The notes: generated by a model not told the origin, from the sequence alone. Numbered from the stretch's first letter, positions 37,345 through 47,555 are shown. The stretch: DNA of 64,000 nucleotides from Patescibacteria group bacterium (GCA_018969615.1 JAGWYA010000002.1:3070-67069), one strand, 5' to 3'. Numbers and translations are program-made.

Positions 37345-38211
37345 ATGCGTAAATTCCTTCTCATTGATGCGAACTCATTGATCCACCGGTCGTTCCATGC
37401 GCTGCCGCCGCTGACGACGCCGAAAGGCGAGCCGATCAACGCGGTCTACGGGCTTTCCTCGATCCTGTTGAAATTGATCAAAGACCATCAGCCGGATTAT
37501 GTCGCGGCCGCCTTTGACCGCCCGGAAGCGACTTTCCGCAAAGTGATGTATCAGGAATATAAAGCGCATCGGCCGCCGACCGCGAGCGAGCTGGTATCCC
37601 AGCTGGTGGAGGCGCACCGCACGTTCGAAAAGTTCGGCATTCCGGTCATTGAAAAAGCGGGGCTGGAGGCTGATGATATTGTCGGAACGCTGGCGGAGCA
37701 GATGAAAAAAGAGCCCGATGTGAAAGTGGTTATTTTTTCCGGCGATAAAGATAATCTGCAGCTGATCGACGGCGACCGGGTCGTGGTGGAGCTGTTGAAG
37801 ACCGGCGTGAGCAAGACCGTGACCTATAATGAACCGTTGTTTTTGCAGGAATACGGATTCTCGCCGAAGCAGCTGATCGATTTCAAGGCGCTGATTGGCG
37901 ATACCTCGGATAATATTCCCGGCGTGACCGGCATCGGGCCGAAAGGGGCGACCGATCTGATCCGCGAATACGGAAGCATTGAGAAGATCTATGAGGAGGT
38001 GGGATTGATCGCGAAAGAATCGCTCCGGAAAAAATTGGAAGCGGGGCGGGAGAGCGCGCTCCTTTCCAAGACGCTCGCCACGATCAAGCGCGACGCGGAT
38101 CTGGGCGTTTCACTCGCTGATTTCAGCCAGCATCCGCTGGACCGGGACGGGTTGAGAAAATATTTCGAAGAGCTTGGATTCCGCAGCCTGGTGGAGCGGA
38201 TGTCATCATGA
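37345..38211 (+). CDS. 5'-3' exonuclease (PolA N-terminal domain as separate gene)
   Basis: LLIDANSLIHRSFHA, NAVYG, YKAHR, EADD, GDKD, GDTSDNIPGVTGIGPK. Confidence 0.93.
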   Translation: MRKFLLIDANSLIHRSFHALPPLTTPKGEPINAVYGLSSILLKLIKDHQPDYVAAAFDRPEATFRKVMYQEYKAHRPPTASELVSQLVEAHRTFEKFGIPVIEKAGLEADDIVGTLAEQMKKEPDVKVVIFSGDKDNLQLIDGDRVVVELLKTGVSKTVTYNEPLFLQEYGFSPKQLIDFKALIGDTSDNIPGVTGIGPKGATDLIREYGSIEKIYEEVGLIAKESLRKKLEAGRESALLSKTLATIKRDADLGVSLADFSQHPLDRDGLRKYFEELGFRSLVERMSS

Positions 38212-39659
38212 CCGATTTCGATCTGAAAGAAAAATTTAAAACATTGCGCCGGGAGGGCGCGGCGCTGCCGAAAACCTTTTGCGACCTCGGTGTCGCATTT
38301 TGGCTTTTGAATCCCGACGAGGCGAAGCATGAGCCTGAATATTTGAGCGAACGCTATTTGCATACGAAAAGCATTTCGAAAAAAGCATTGGCGGCATATG
38401 CGGAGAAGAGGCTGAAGGAATATAAGCTTGAAGCTTTGTTCCGCGACGTCGAGCTTCCGCTGATCCCTATCCTTGCGGAGATGGAGCTGAGGGGCATTGC
38501 CGTGGACCGGAAAGCGCTCCAGGCGCTGGACGCTGAACTGGGGAAAAAGATCACGGCGCTCGCAAAGGATATCTACCGCACTGCCGGAGGGCCGTTCAAT
38601 ATCAATTCGCCGAAACAGCTGGGGCAGATCCTTTTTGAAAAATTAGCGATCAGCGGAGAGGGGGTCAAAAAGACCAAGGGCGGTGCCGTCTCCACGAACA
38701 TTGATACGCTGATGACGATCAAGGAGCGGCATCCGATCGTGAAGTACATTCTTGAATATCGCGAGTTGTTTAAATTGCAGTCGACGTACGTGAAGCCGCT
38801 CCAGGAACTGGCGGATACGAACGGCCGCGTGCACACGACCTATCTCCAGACCGGAACTTCGACGGGGCGGCTCAGCTCGCAGAACCCGAATCTGCAGAAC
38901 ATCCCTACAGGCGGCGAGTGGGCAAATCGCGTACGAAGCGTCTTTGTCCCTGAGAAAGGGTACGCATTCGTTTCGTTTGATTATTCGCAGATCGAACTGC
39001 GCGTGCTTGCATCGTTATGCGGCGATCCGCAGATGATCAAGGCGTTCACTGAAGGCGCCGACATTCACCGGCTGACCGCGGCAAACGTGTTCAATGTGCC
39101 GATCGCGAACGTGACGCCGGAGATGCGGCGTTTGGCAAAGACCCTGAACTTCGGCGTCGTGTACGGCATGGGGGCGCAGGCGTTCGCGAAAACGAGCGGG
39201 CTGAGCTTTACCGAAGCCAAGAAATTCATCGATGAATATTTCCATGATTTCGCCCAAGTGAAGACCTGGCAGGAAGAGATCAAGGCTTTTGCGCGGACGC
39301 ATGGGTATGTCGTGAACCGGAACGGCCGCCGGCGGCTGCTTTTGCACGCGACCTCGATGTTCCGCGGCGAGGCGGCGGAAGCGGAGCGTGCGGCGATCAA
39401 TATGCCGGTCCAGGGATTGGCGGCGGATATCGTGAAGATCGCCATGGTGAACGTCGCAGCCGAGATCCGCAGGCGAAAATGGGATGATGCGGTGCGGATG
39501 CTGCTGACGATCCACGATGAATTGTTGTTCGAGGTCAGGAAGGATATACTAAAAGAAGCGATCGGCGTCATTCAGCCGATCATGGAGCGTGCGTATACGC
39601 TTGAAGTGCCGTTGACCGTCAATGTAAAGACGGGAACGACCTGGGGTGACCTCGCGTGA
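38208..39659 (+). CDS. polA: DNA polymerase I polymerase domain (split polA)
   Basis: FNINSPKQL, TGRLSSQNPNLQNIP, DYSQIELR, RRLAKTLNFGVVYG, AINMPVQG, IHDEL; ATGA overlap with exonuclease gene. Confidence 0.93.
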   Translation: MTDFDLKEKFKTLRREGAALPKTFCDLGVAFWLLNPDEAKHEPEYLSERYLHTKSISKKALAAYAEKRLKEYKLEALFRDVELPLIPILAEMELRGIAVDRKALQALDAELGKKITALAKDIYRTAGGPFNINSPKQLGQILFEKLAISGEGVKKTKGGAVSTNIDTLMTIKERHPIVKYILEYRELFKLQSTYVKPLQELADTNGRVHTTYLQTGTSTGRLSSQNPNLQNIPTGGEWANRVRSVFVPEKGYAFVSFDYSQIELRVLASLCGDPQMIKAFTEGADIHRLTAANVFNVPIANVTPEMRRLAKTLNFGVVYGMGAQAFAKTSGLSFTEAKKFIDEYFHDFAQVKTWQEEIKAFARTHGYVVNRNGRRRLLLHATSMFRGEAAEAERAAINMPVQGLAADIVKIAMVNVAAEIRRRKWDDAVRMLLTIHDELLFEVRKDILKEAIGVIQPIMERAYTLEVPLTVNVKTGTTWGDLA

Positions 39660-40993
39660 CCGAACTTATGAAACGCTTTTGGAACAATTTAGGCGATTAT
39701 ATGCGCTTGCCGGAGATGCGGGTCTTTTGGCTGTTCCTTTTTCTGGTTTTGCTGATCCTGGTCGTTGACGTGATCTATCTCACCGCGTTCTGGACGATTG
39801 TCAGCATGGTTATCTTGTTCTCGGTGGGCGTGGTGATGTTCGTGACCAATATCCGTGCGGCGGCGACCAAAGTGCAGCTGATGAACGAAAAGCGCCGCGT
39901 CGATAATATCATTCTCAGCATGGGGGACGGGGTTATGGTATACGACCCTGATTTCAGGATCCAGCTGTTCAATCGGTCGGCGGAGCATATCTTCGGCCTG
40001 GCGACGCAGGATATCATCGGCCAAACGATCACGCCGGAAAGCGTGCGGAACCCGAAATTGGAAACACTGGCAAAAGTGATCTTCCAGTCGCTGGCGCCGC
40101 AGGTGATCCGCCGTTCGCCGGAGGGAGAGTATCCGCAGATCGCCGATCTTTCGTTCGAGGAGCCGCATCTTGAGCTGCGCGTGACGACCGACCGGATCCT
40201 GAAAGAGGACGGTTCGATCGGCGGGTTCCTGAAGATCGTCCGTGACCGGACCCATGAGGTTGAACTGGTGCGCGCCAAGAGCGAGTTCATTACCGTCGCG
40301 GCGCATCAGCTCCGGACGCCGCTGTCGGCGATCAACTGGACCTTCCAGTCGCTCAATGACGAGAAGCTGACGGATTCGCAGAAGGACCTGGTGAACACCG
40401 GTTTGTCCGCATCGACGAACCTGCTGAAGATCGTCGAAGACCTTTTGAACACGGCGAAGATCGAAGAAGGGAAGTTCGGCTATAATTTCCAGAGGACCGA
40501 TATCGTGGCGTTCCTCCAGAACCTGCTCAATCAGGCGATGGTCGTGGCGAAGGAATACAATGTGAAGATCTATATGGAGCGGCCGCCGGAAGCGGCGATG
40601 CCGGCGGAGATCGACGCGGAGCGCATGGGGCTGGTCGTCGCCAATCTCCTTGAGAACGCGATCAAATACAACGTGCAGAACGGCCAGGTTGTGGTGAGCG
40701 TCCAGCGCCGCAACGACGGTCCGTTCATCCAGGTGAATATCGCGGATACCGGGCTCGGTATGTCGCAGGAAACCCAGCAGAAGCTGTTCACGAAGTTCTA
40801 TCGTGGCGACAACGTGGTCACAAAGGAGGCGAACGGTTCCGGTCTCGGTCTCTACATCGCAAAGAACATCATCCGCCGCCATGGCGGGCAGATCTGGGTG
40901 GAATCGGAGCTGAACCGCGGCACCACGTTCCATTTTACGGTCGCGACCGATCCGTCGGTGGTCCCGCAGCGGGAGACCGCGATCGAAGAATAA
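39656..40993 (+). CDS. PAS-domain sensor histidine kinase
   Basis: Two TM helices, PAS, H-box AHQLRTPL, N-box NLLENAIKY, DTGLG, GSGLGL. Confidence 0.93.
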   Translation: MTELMKRFWNNLGDYMRLPEMRVFWLFLFLVLLILVVDVIYLTAFWTIVSMVILFSVGVVMFVTNIRAAATKVQLMNEKRRVDNIILSMGDGVMVYDPDFRIQLFNRSAEHIFGLATQDIIGQTITPESVRNPKLETLAKVIFQSLAPQVIRRSPEGEYPQIADLSFEEPHLELRVTTDRILKEDGSIGGFLKIVRDRTHEVELVRAKSEFITVAAHQLRTPLSAINWTFQSLNDEKLTDSQKDLVNTGLSASTNLLKIVEDLLNTAKIEEGKFGYNFQRTDIVAFLQNLLNQAMVVAKEYNVKIYMERPPEAAMPAEIDAERMGLVVANLLENAIKYNVQNGQVVVSVQRRNDGPFIQVNIADTGLGMSQETQQKLFTKFYRGDNVVTKEANGSGLGLYIAKNIIRRHGGQIWVESELNRGTTFHFTVATDPSVVPQRETAIEE

Positions 40994-41059
40994 CCTTCTT
41001 GTTTTTGAAGCGTCACGCTGCTACAGTAAGAGCAGCTATTTTTATTTTGAGGAGGCGGG

Positions 41060-41533
41060 ATGGAACAGACCTTGATGTGGACTGCGGCGTTCATCGTTGC
41101 GGCGATCCTTTTGATCTCACTTGGTCCGTGGCTGTATAAGCGGCATACCGAGCAGAAGAAAAAAGAGTTTAATGATTATAAAGTGGGAGTATATACCCAT
41201 AGCGAAGCCAACGGCTATGTGCTCGGGCAGGAATTTCGCGGCTTAGTTCTTGCGATCGCTCATTATCACGCAGCTATTGCCGGAAAGCTCATGACGACCA
41301 AAGAAGCGGACGCGAATCATGATAATAATGAAAAACTTATCCTTACTGAGGATGAGGAGGATGCGTTTCGTCAGGCGCTCAAGGAGCTCAGCTGTGAGGG
41401 GTCGCGATGCGTTGTTTGCGATAAACTCCCCACTCTCCTTGAGAAGGTTCGTCGGCTACGGAAAGAATATGAAAGGAAGTACGAGCTGGAGAAGCAGAAA
41501 GAACAGGAGCGGCGAAAAAAGAAGCCGCTGTAA
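41060..41533 (+). CDS. Hypothetical membrane-anchored protein
   Basis: GAGGAGG RBS, N-terminal TM, CxxxxCxxC, terminator at 41532-41554. Confidence 0.7.
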   Translation: MEQTLMWTAAFIVAAILLISLGPWLYKRHTEQKKKEFNDYKVGVYTHSEANGYVLGQEFRGLVLAIAHYHAAIAGKLMTTKEADANHDNNEKLILTEDEEDAFRQALKELSCEGSRCVVCDKLPTLLEKVRRLRKEYERKYELEKQKEQERRKKKPL

Positions 41534-41627
41534 ACACCCTCACGGGTGTTTTTTATTAAAAATTGACAATACTCTATATTATCAATATACTCATTTGAGA
41601 TCGCTAAAAAGCAATAAGAGGAACTGA

Positions 41628-41885
41628 ATGATCTTTTGGGTTTGCTTAGCCGTTTGGATCCTTATTGGTAGGTCGCTTATCTGGCTTTATCGCAGAGAGT
41701 ATCATAATAAATATCCATTCTTGCGAGAGCTTCAGGAACTGGAAGATAAAGAAGTTAATGAATTTCGCGCAGAAGTGTATCCGATCATAAGATGCGCAGC
41801 AGATTTCGCAGTTATTCTTATTACCGGATTGCTGTGGCCATTGGATATCTATATGTATCGCAGGTGGGCAAATAAAAGAATTTAG
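41628..41885 (+). CDS. Small two-TM hypothetical protein
   Basis: TTGACA and TATACT boxes plus GAGG upstream; terminator at 41892-41920. Confidence 0.6.
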   Translation: MIFWVCLAVWILIGRSLIWLYRREYHNKYPFLRELQELEDKEVNEFRAEVYPIIRCAADFAVILITGLLWPLDIYMYRRWANKRI

Positions 41886-41970
41886 TTTTGGAATCGCCTA
41901 TAAAATAGGCGATTTTTTTTGCACACGTTATTCATTTTCATTGGCGAGGTGTCAGTGTACAGTAAAGGTA

Positions 41971-42777
41971 ATGATCATTTCGCTGTACGGGCCGGACAGT
42001 TATCGCCGGCAGAAAAAACAGGATGATATCCTTGCGGGATACCGCGCCAAGCATTCGGGGTTGTCGGTGGAATATTTCGACTTGGAGGACGATAATGCTT
42101 TTGATGCGCTTCGGGAGTTCGTCCGGGCGACATCGCTGTTCGATGCGATGAAATGCGCGGTCGTGCGGCATGCGGACGCGCTGGGAAAGGCGGAGGGAAA
42201 AGAGTTCCGTGCTTTTTTAAAGGACCAGCTGGCGCGCAAGGAGTCGACCCTCGTACTACTCTGGGATAAAAAGCCGACCAAGGAATATGCATTCTTACTG
42301 AAGGCGCCGGCGCTGGCGCAGGAATTCGCCGAGCTGAGCGGATCGGCGCAGCTGGCATTCATCGCGAATGAAGCGAAGGCGCGCGGGATCACGATCGACC
42401 GTGCGGGGATCGACCTGCTGAGCCGTGCGTTCCAGGGGAATACCTGGGGCCTTGTAACCGAGCTTGAGAAGCTGGCGCTACTGGATGAAAAAACTGTAAC
42501 CCTGAAGACGATCAGCGGGCATCTTGAGTTGTTCAATGAACTGAATCTTTTTACCGCGCTCGGAACGATCCGAACCTCTCCCGATCGTGCGGAGCGTCTG
42601 CGGCTTCTCGAGGAGCTATTGAGCCGCCATAATGATCCGGCGATGCTCTTTAATATGATCGCGGTCGCGCCGTACGAAGGAAGGGAATGGAAGACCGCGG
42701 TCGCCGACTATGATGTCGCGGTCAAATCGGGGAAGCTTGAATACGAAGAGGCGCTGCTTGCCTTGGCGCTGCGATAA
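41971..42777 (+). CDS. holA: DNA polymerase III delta subunit (HolA-like)
   Basis: LYGPDSYR, SLF, GNTWGLVTELEKL, D.AVKSG C-terminus. Confidence 0.8.
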   Translation: MIISLYGPDSYRRQKKQDDILAGYRAKHSGLSVEYFDLEDDNAFDALREFVRATSLFDAMKCAVVRHADALGKAEGKEFRAFLKDQLARKESTLVLLWDKKPTKEYAFLLKAPALAQEFAELSGSAQLAFIANEAKARGITIDRAGIDLLSRAFQGNTWGLVTELEKLALLDEKTVTLKTISGHLELFNELNLFTALGTIRTSPDRAERLRLLEELLSRHNDPAMLFNMIAVAPYEGREWKTAVADYDVAVKSGKLEYEEALLALALR

Positions 42778-42801
42778 ACATCGTTTGAATTATTTTGCGC
42801 G

Positions 42802-42864
42802 AGAAAGCGCCAGTCCCTTTTTCAGTAACGGGTTCTTACACTGAAAAAGGGACTGGCGCTTTCT
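42802..42864 (-). repeat. Conserved-loop hairpin HL4 (loop GTAAGAACCCGTT on minus strand)
   Basis: 25-bp perfect stem agaaagcgccagtccctttttcagt / actgaaaaagggactggcgctttct. Confidence 0.85.
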
Positions 42865-42891
42865 TCGTATTGCGTATTTTATATAAAAATA

Positions 42892-42950
42892 AGGCAGGAT
42901 ATCTTTGGGGCAGCATAAGACCCCGGCGCTGTTCCAAAGATATCCTGCCT
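42892..42950 (+). repeat. Conserved-loop hairpin HL5 (loop ATAAGACCCCGGC)
   Basis: 23-bp stem aggcaggatatctttggggcagc / gctgttccaaagatatcctgcct with two G-T pairs. Confidence 0.85.
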
Positions 42951-43022
42951 GTTCTTGTATGGCTGTGTTTTTTAAAAACAGTGCGGCAAAGACGGACAAA
43001 AAAATTCCCCGGAGGGAAATTT

Positions 43023-43283
43023 TTATTTTGCCGTTGCGAGAAGTTTTGCGAGGCGGGACTTGAGGCGGGAGGCGGTGTTCTTTTTGATCGTTCCCACTTT
43101 TGCGGTCTTGTCGAGAACCTTGTAGACCTTCGGAAGTTCCGCTTTTGCTTCGTCGAGCTTCTTTGCTGCGACGAGTTTCTTATAGGCTTTGAGCGCTTTC
43201 TTCATCACTTCCTTCCGCGCTTCGTTCTGTGCGCGGCGGGTGAGGTTCTGGCGGTAGGCCTTTTTTGCTGATTTCGTGATCAT
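43023..43283 (-). CDS. rpsT: 30S ribosomal protein S20
   Basis: KSAKKAYRQ...N...K, LDKTAK.G.IKKNTASRLKSRL. Confidence 0.95.
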   Translation of the reverse strand: MITKSAKKAYRQNLTRRAQNEARKEVMKKALKAYKKLVAAKKLDEAKAELPKVYKVLDKTAKVGTIKKNTASRLKSRLAKLLATAK

Positions 43284-43297
43284 AGGTGATAGCGTAT

Positions 43298-43359
43298 AGT
43301 GTAGACGCTTCCCGGTCCGATGTCAATATATTTGACAAAAGGCAATTTTATGCTATACT
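43298..43359. promoter_or_regulatory. Back-to-back sigma70 promoters
   Basis: Minus strand TTGACA(43326-43321)-17-TACACT for rpsT; plus strand TTGACA(43332)-16-TATACT with extended TG. Confidence 0.65.
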
Positions 43360-43394
43360 ATCTTCCAGAACGTCACATTCTTAGGGAGGGCCAT

Positions 43395-43739
43395 ATGGCC
43401 AAACACCAGAAGGGCGAGAAGAAGAGCAAGAAGCAGCTCAAGGAAGAGAAGAAGGCGCAGCAGGAGGCCGCCAAGTCGCACCGCAAGGCCTTCGTGGGTC
43501 TGCCGGCGCGCGAGCGGCATCCGGCGCAGGTGTTGTGCCGCATCCTCCAGTCGAGCGGCCTGAAGGCGATGGGCGAGTACTCGCAGAAGCACGGCCTGCA
43601 GAGGGTCATCGAGTCCCCGCAGGTCATCGCGGCGGTCGCCCGCTACGAGAAGCGCAAGGAAGACCGGCGCGTCGGCCGCCAGAAGAAGGAGGAGGCCGCG
43701 AAGACCGACGAGTCGGTCGCGCAGCAGACGGAGGCCTGA
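43395..43739 (+). CDS. Small basic hypothetical protein (114 aa)
   Basis: AGGGAGGG RBS, near-complete G/C third positions, Lys-rich N-terminus, terminator 43744-43782. Confidence 0.75.
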   Translation: MAKHQKGEKKSKKQLKEEKKAQQEAAKSHRKAFVGLPARERHPAQVLCRILQSSGLKAMGEYSQKHGLQRVIESPQVIAAVARYEKRKEDRRVGRQKKEEAAKTDESVAQQTEA

Positions 43740-43894
43740 CACAAGCCCCGTTCCATCGAAAGATGGAGCGGGGCTCTTTTTTATTGTTTGTCCAAATTAA
43801 ATTCTGACTGATAGGTCGGAGTTTAATTTGGGTATAAACAATAAACCCCGCCAAAGGCGGGGTAATATCGAGAGGCGATCCTGATCTTGCTTAC

Positions 43895-45676
43895 TTATTT
43901 CTCTCCGGCGAGTCGCGAGAGGTCGCTTTCGGTAATGGCCTTCTTGATCGCTACCGGCATTTTTCCGCCGCGTTTATTGAACGCTTTTTGGATCTTTTGG
44001 CGGCGATCGGTTTCCTGGATTACTTTTTTCATAGAGTCGGTAAGGCGGTCGGCGTACAAAATAACTTTGCCATTGATGGACCGCGCGGCGCGGCCGGCCA
44101 TCTGCATGAGGCCGCGGAAGTTGCGGAGGAATCCTTCACGGTCCGCATCAAGGATCGCAACGAGGCTGACCTCGGGAAGATCGAGCCCTTCGCGGAGCAG
44201 GTTGATGCCGACAATGACGTCGACGATGCCTTTGCGGAGGTCGTTCAGGATCTCCGGGCGCTTCAGGGTCTTTACTTCGGAATGAAGGTAATGCGCTTTC
44301 ACGCCTTTGGCGAGTAAATATTCGGTCAGGTCTTCGGCGGACCGTTTCGTGAGCGTCAGCGCCAGCACGCGCTCATCGCGGTCGCGGCGGATCTCGATCT
44401 CTTTGAGAAGATCTTCAACCTGCGTAGCGACCGGCCGGATCTCAAGATTCGGATCCAAGATGCCCGTCGGGCGAACGACCTGCTCCGCCACATGGGCGCC
44501 GCTTTTTTCGAGCTCGTACGGACCCGGCGTTGCGGAGACGTAAATGGTCTGGCCGATGCGTTCCTGGAACTCGGGGAATTTCAGCGGGCGATTGTCCAGC
44601 GCCGACGGAAGCCGGAAGCCGTAATTGACGAGGTTCGCTTTGCGGCGGCGGTCGCCTTCATACATGGCGCCGAGCTGCGGAACGCTGATGTGCGATTCGT
44701 CGATGAAGAGCAGGAACGGTTTCGGGAAATAATCGAGCAGCGTCGCCGGCGGTTCGCCTGCATTGCGGAACGCAAGATGGCGCGAATAATTTTCGATGCC
44801 GTTCACATAGCCGTTCTTTTTCAGCATTTCGAGATCGAACAGCGTGCGCTTTTCGATGCGGTCGGCTTCTTCGAAGCGGTTCGAGGACTGGAAATCTTCG
44901 ACGCGCTCTTCCATTTCCGATTTAATGTTTGCTAATGCGAGCTTCAGCTTCTGCTGCGGCGTGACCCAGAACTTCGACGGATAGATGTCGAGTTGCTGCA
45001 CGATCTCTTCGTTGCGGATGATCTGCGCGATCTTTTTCTGATTGAACTCAAGCACGGCCTGTTCGCCGGTGACGAGGCTGATCGTGATACGGTCATTGCT
45101 GACGCGGTATTCGCCCGGGTTCGGATCTTTGGTGGTGCGGAGGTACTGCAAAAAGCTGAGATGCCGCGCGGCGTCGCTTGGGCTGAGGCTTTGTCCTGCG
45201 CGGAGCTCAAGGCGGGTTTTGATGTATTCGGTTGGATCGCCGAGGCCGTAAATGCAGGACACGGACGCGATGACGATCGTATCCCGGCGTGCGAGCACGC
45301 TTTGGATCGCCGAGTGGCGGAGCTTATCGATCTCCTTATTGATGCGCGCATCCTTTTGGATGTACATGTTCGTCCGGGGAAGATACGCTTCCGGCTGGTA
45401 GTAGTCGTAGTACGAAACGAAATAGTGAACGGCGTTCTCCGGGAAGAAGGCTTTGAACTCTTGGTAAAGCTGGGCCGCGAGGGTCTTGTTCGGCGAGATG
45501 ATCAGGGTCGGCAAATTCGCGCGCGCGATGACGGACGCCATGGTAAAGGTCTTTCCGGATCCGGTCACGCCGAGCAGGGTCTGATCCTTGGCGCCGGCAC
45601 TGAGGCCTTGGCTCAGTTTTTCGATTGCCAAAGGTTGGTCTCCGGTGGGTTTAAAATTGGATATGAGCTTGAACAT
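43895..45676 (-). CDS. uvrB: Excinuclease ABC subunit B
   Basis: PTGDQP, GVTGSGKT, FVSYYDYYQPEAY, GIENYSRH, DESH, GFRLPSALDNRPL, NLLREGLD; no C-terminal UVR domain. Confidence 0.97.
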   Translation of the reverse strand: MFKLISNFKPTGDQPLAIEKLSQGLSAGAKDQTLLGVTGSGKTFTMASVIARANLPTLIISPNKTLAAQLYQEFKAFFPENAVHYFVSYYDYYQPEAYLPRTNMYIQKDARINKEIDKLRHSAIQSVLARRDTIVIASVSCIYGLGDPTEYIKTRLELRAGQSLSPSDAARHLSFLQYLRTTKDPNPGEYRVSNDRITISLVTGEQAVLEFNQKKIAQIIRNEEIVQQLDIYPSKFWVTPQQKLKLALANIKSEMEERVEDFQSSNRFEEADRIEKRTLFDLEMLKKNGYVNGIENYSRHLAFRNAGEPPATLLDYFPKPFLLFIDESHISVPQLGAMYEGDRRRKANLVNYGFRLPSALDNRPLKFPEFQERIGQTIYVSATPGPYELEKSGAHVAEQVVRPTGILDPNLEIRPVATQVEDLLKEIEIRRDRDERVLALTLTKRSAEDLTEYLLAKGVKAHYLHSEVKTLKRPEILNDLRKGIVDVIVGINLLREGLDLPEVSLVAILDADREGFLRNFRGLMQMAGRAARSINGKVILYADRLTDSMKKVIQETDRRQKIQKAFNKRGGKMPVAIKKAITESDLSRLAGEK

Positions 45677-45741
45677 AGGTATACTAAAGATACGTATTTC
45701 AATGAAAACGCGCGCGGGCGTACCGCGCATGATCCGCACCT

Positions 45742-46335
45742 ATGATCCATTCCCTTATCGGAACACTAAAAGCAAAGGAAGGAAATCAGTTTGTGGTTGA
45801 GTTGGGCCTTGGCGGCCGGAACGGCATCGCATTTTCGATACGGTCTTCGGTTAATGTTGTGCAGAGTTTGCCACAAATTGGCGAAACTGTCAATGTGCTT
45901 ACCTATCTGCACGTGAAAGAGGATGGGATGGAGCTATACGGTTTTCTCAAAAAAGCCGAGCTTGAGTTCTTCCAGTTATTGATCAGCGTCTCGGGGATCG
46001 GACCGAAATCGGCACTTGGGATCTTGGGAACGGAAAGCGTAGATAAGCTTCAGGCGGCGATCAGTGAGGGGCGTATTGAATTATTGACGAAAGCATCGGG
46101 TATCGGAAAGAAGACCGCCGAGCGGATCATTTTGGAGCTGCGATACAAGCTGGTTCAGCCGGGGTCCGAGAAGATCGTCGGTTTAATGGAGTCCGACCGG
46201 GATATCGTGGATGCGCTGGTGAACCTCGGCTATACCGCAGGGCAGGCGAAAGCCGCGCTTGAGAAGCTTGATCCGAAAGTGACAAAAATGGAAGAACGCA
46301 TTAAGCAGGCGCTCAGCGTCTTAAAACGCTCATGA
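45742..46335 (+). CDS. ruvA: Holliday junction DNA-binding protein RuvA
   Basis: HVKED..LYGF, LISVSGIGPK, GIGKKTAERIILEL, ALVNLGY. Confidence 0.96.
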   Translation: MIHSLIGTLKAKEGNQFVVELGLGGRNGIAFSIRSSVNVVQSLPQIGETVNVLTYLHVKEDGMELYGFLKKAELEFFQLLISVSGIGPKSALGILGTESVDKLQAAISEGRIELLTKASGIGKKTAERIILELRYKLVQPGSEKIVGLMESDRDIVDALVNLGYTAGQAKAALEKLDPKVTKMEERIKQALSVLKRS

Positions 46336-47555
46336 CGAAAATGGAACACCTTCGGTCGCTCTATCATTACACCCTCGCATGGATCGGGAGCATTTGGTAT
46401 GGCCATCCGTCCAAAAAGCTTTTTGTCGTCGGCGTGACCGGCACGAAAGGAAAATCGACCGTGACCGAACTGATCAATGCGATCTTGGAGGCTGCGGGAA
46501 AGAAAACCGCGATCAGCTCATCGGTGCGGTTCAAGATCGGCAGCGAGAGCGTGCAGAATACCACCGGCATGAGCATGCCGGGCCGCTTTTTTATCCAGCG
46601 GTTCTTGGCTGATGCCGTTGCCGAGCACTGCGACTATGCGGTCATTGAAGTGACCTCACAGGGCATCCTGCAGCACCGGCATCGGTTCGTGCATTTTGAT
46701 GCGGCGGTGATCACGAACCTTGAGCCGGAGCATATTGAGGCGCACGGATCGTTCGAGAACTACCGCGACAGCAAAGTCCGCTTGTTCAGTGATGCCGCAT
46801 TTCATTCGGCAAAACACGAGAAAGCGTTCATTATCAATTCGGACGCACGGGACTATGAATTTTTCGTCGGCGCCGTGGGCGAGAAAGGCGTGGTCACGCT
46901 GTTCAATAAACACGATGTGGCGAAGGTGAAGATCAAAACAAAACTGATCGGTGAGTTTAACCTTGAGAACATCGCCGCGGCGATCGCGTTCGCGCGGTCG
47001 CAGGATATTGATTGGGATACGATCAAGAACGCGATCGAGTCGTTCGACGGCGTACCGGGGCGCCTGGAATTCGTCCAAAAGACGCCGTTCCCGGTCATCA
47101 TTGATTATGCGCATACGCCGGATTCGCTCGAGAAGGTTTATCAGACCGTGAAGCCGAAGCATGACAAGCAGGGCGAGCATAAGCTGATCTGTGTGCTGGG
47201 TGCGGCCGGCGGCGGCCGCGACATGTGGAAGCGTCCGGTCATGGGTGAGATCGCCGGGAAGTATTGCGATCAGATCATTCTGACGAACGAAGATCCGTTT
47301 GATGAGGATCCGCAGGAGATCCTTGATGAGATCGAGGCGGGTATTTTGCATACGGCAAAGAAAAAAGTGCGGATGGTCCTCGACCGCCGCGATGCGATCC
47401 GGACCGCGGTCAGGCTCGCGAAGAAAGGCGACACCGTGATCATTACCGGAAAGGGTTCGGAGAGCTCGATCCGCATGGCCGGAGGCAAAAAGATCCCGTG
47501 GAACGAGAAGGAGATCGTCTCAAAGATCCTCAATAGCGAGCGGATTGAAGCGTAG
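46332..47555 (+). CDS. murE: MurE-like UDP-N-acetylmuramyl peptide ligase
   Basis: GVTGTKGKST, EVTSQG, TNLEPEH, VPGRLE, DYAHTPDSL, GGGRD, TNEDP, GKGSE. Confidence 0.85.
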   Translation: MTKMEHLRSLYHYTLAWIGSIWYGHPSKKLFVVGVTGTKGKSTVTELINAILEAAGKKTAISSSVRFKIGSESVQNTTGMSMPGRFFIQRFLADAVAEHCDYAVIEVTSQGILQHRHRFVHFDAAVITNLEPEHIEAHGSFENYRDSKVRLFSDAAFHSAKHEKAFIINSDARDYEFFVGAVGEKGVVTLFNKHDVAKVKIKTKLIGEFNLENIAAAIAFARSQDIDWDTIKNAIESFDGVPGRLEFVQKTPFPVIIDYAHTPDSLEKVYQTVKPKHDKQGEHKLICVLGAAGGGRDMWKRPVMGEIAGKYCDQIILTNEDPFDEDPQEILDEIEAGILHTAKKKVRMVLDRRDAIRTAVRLAKKGDTVIITGKGSESSIRMAGGKKIPWNEKEIVSKILNSERIEA

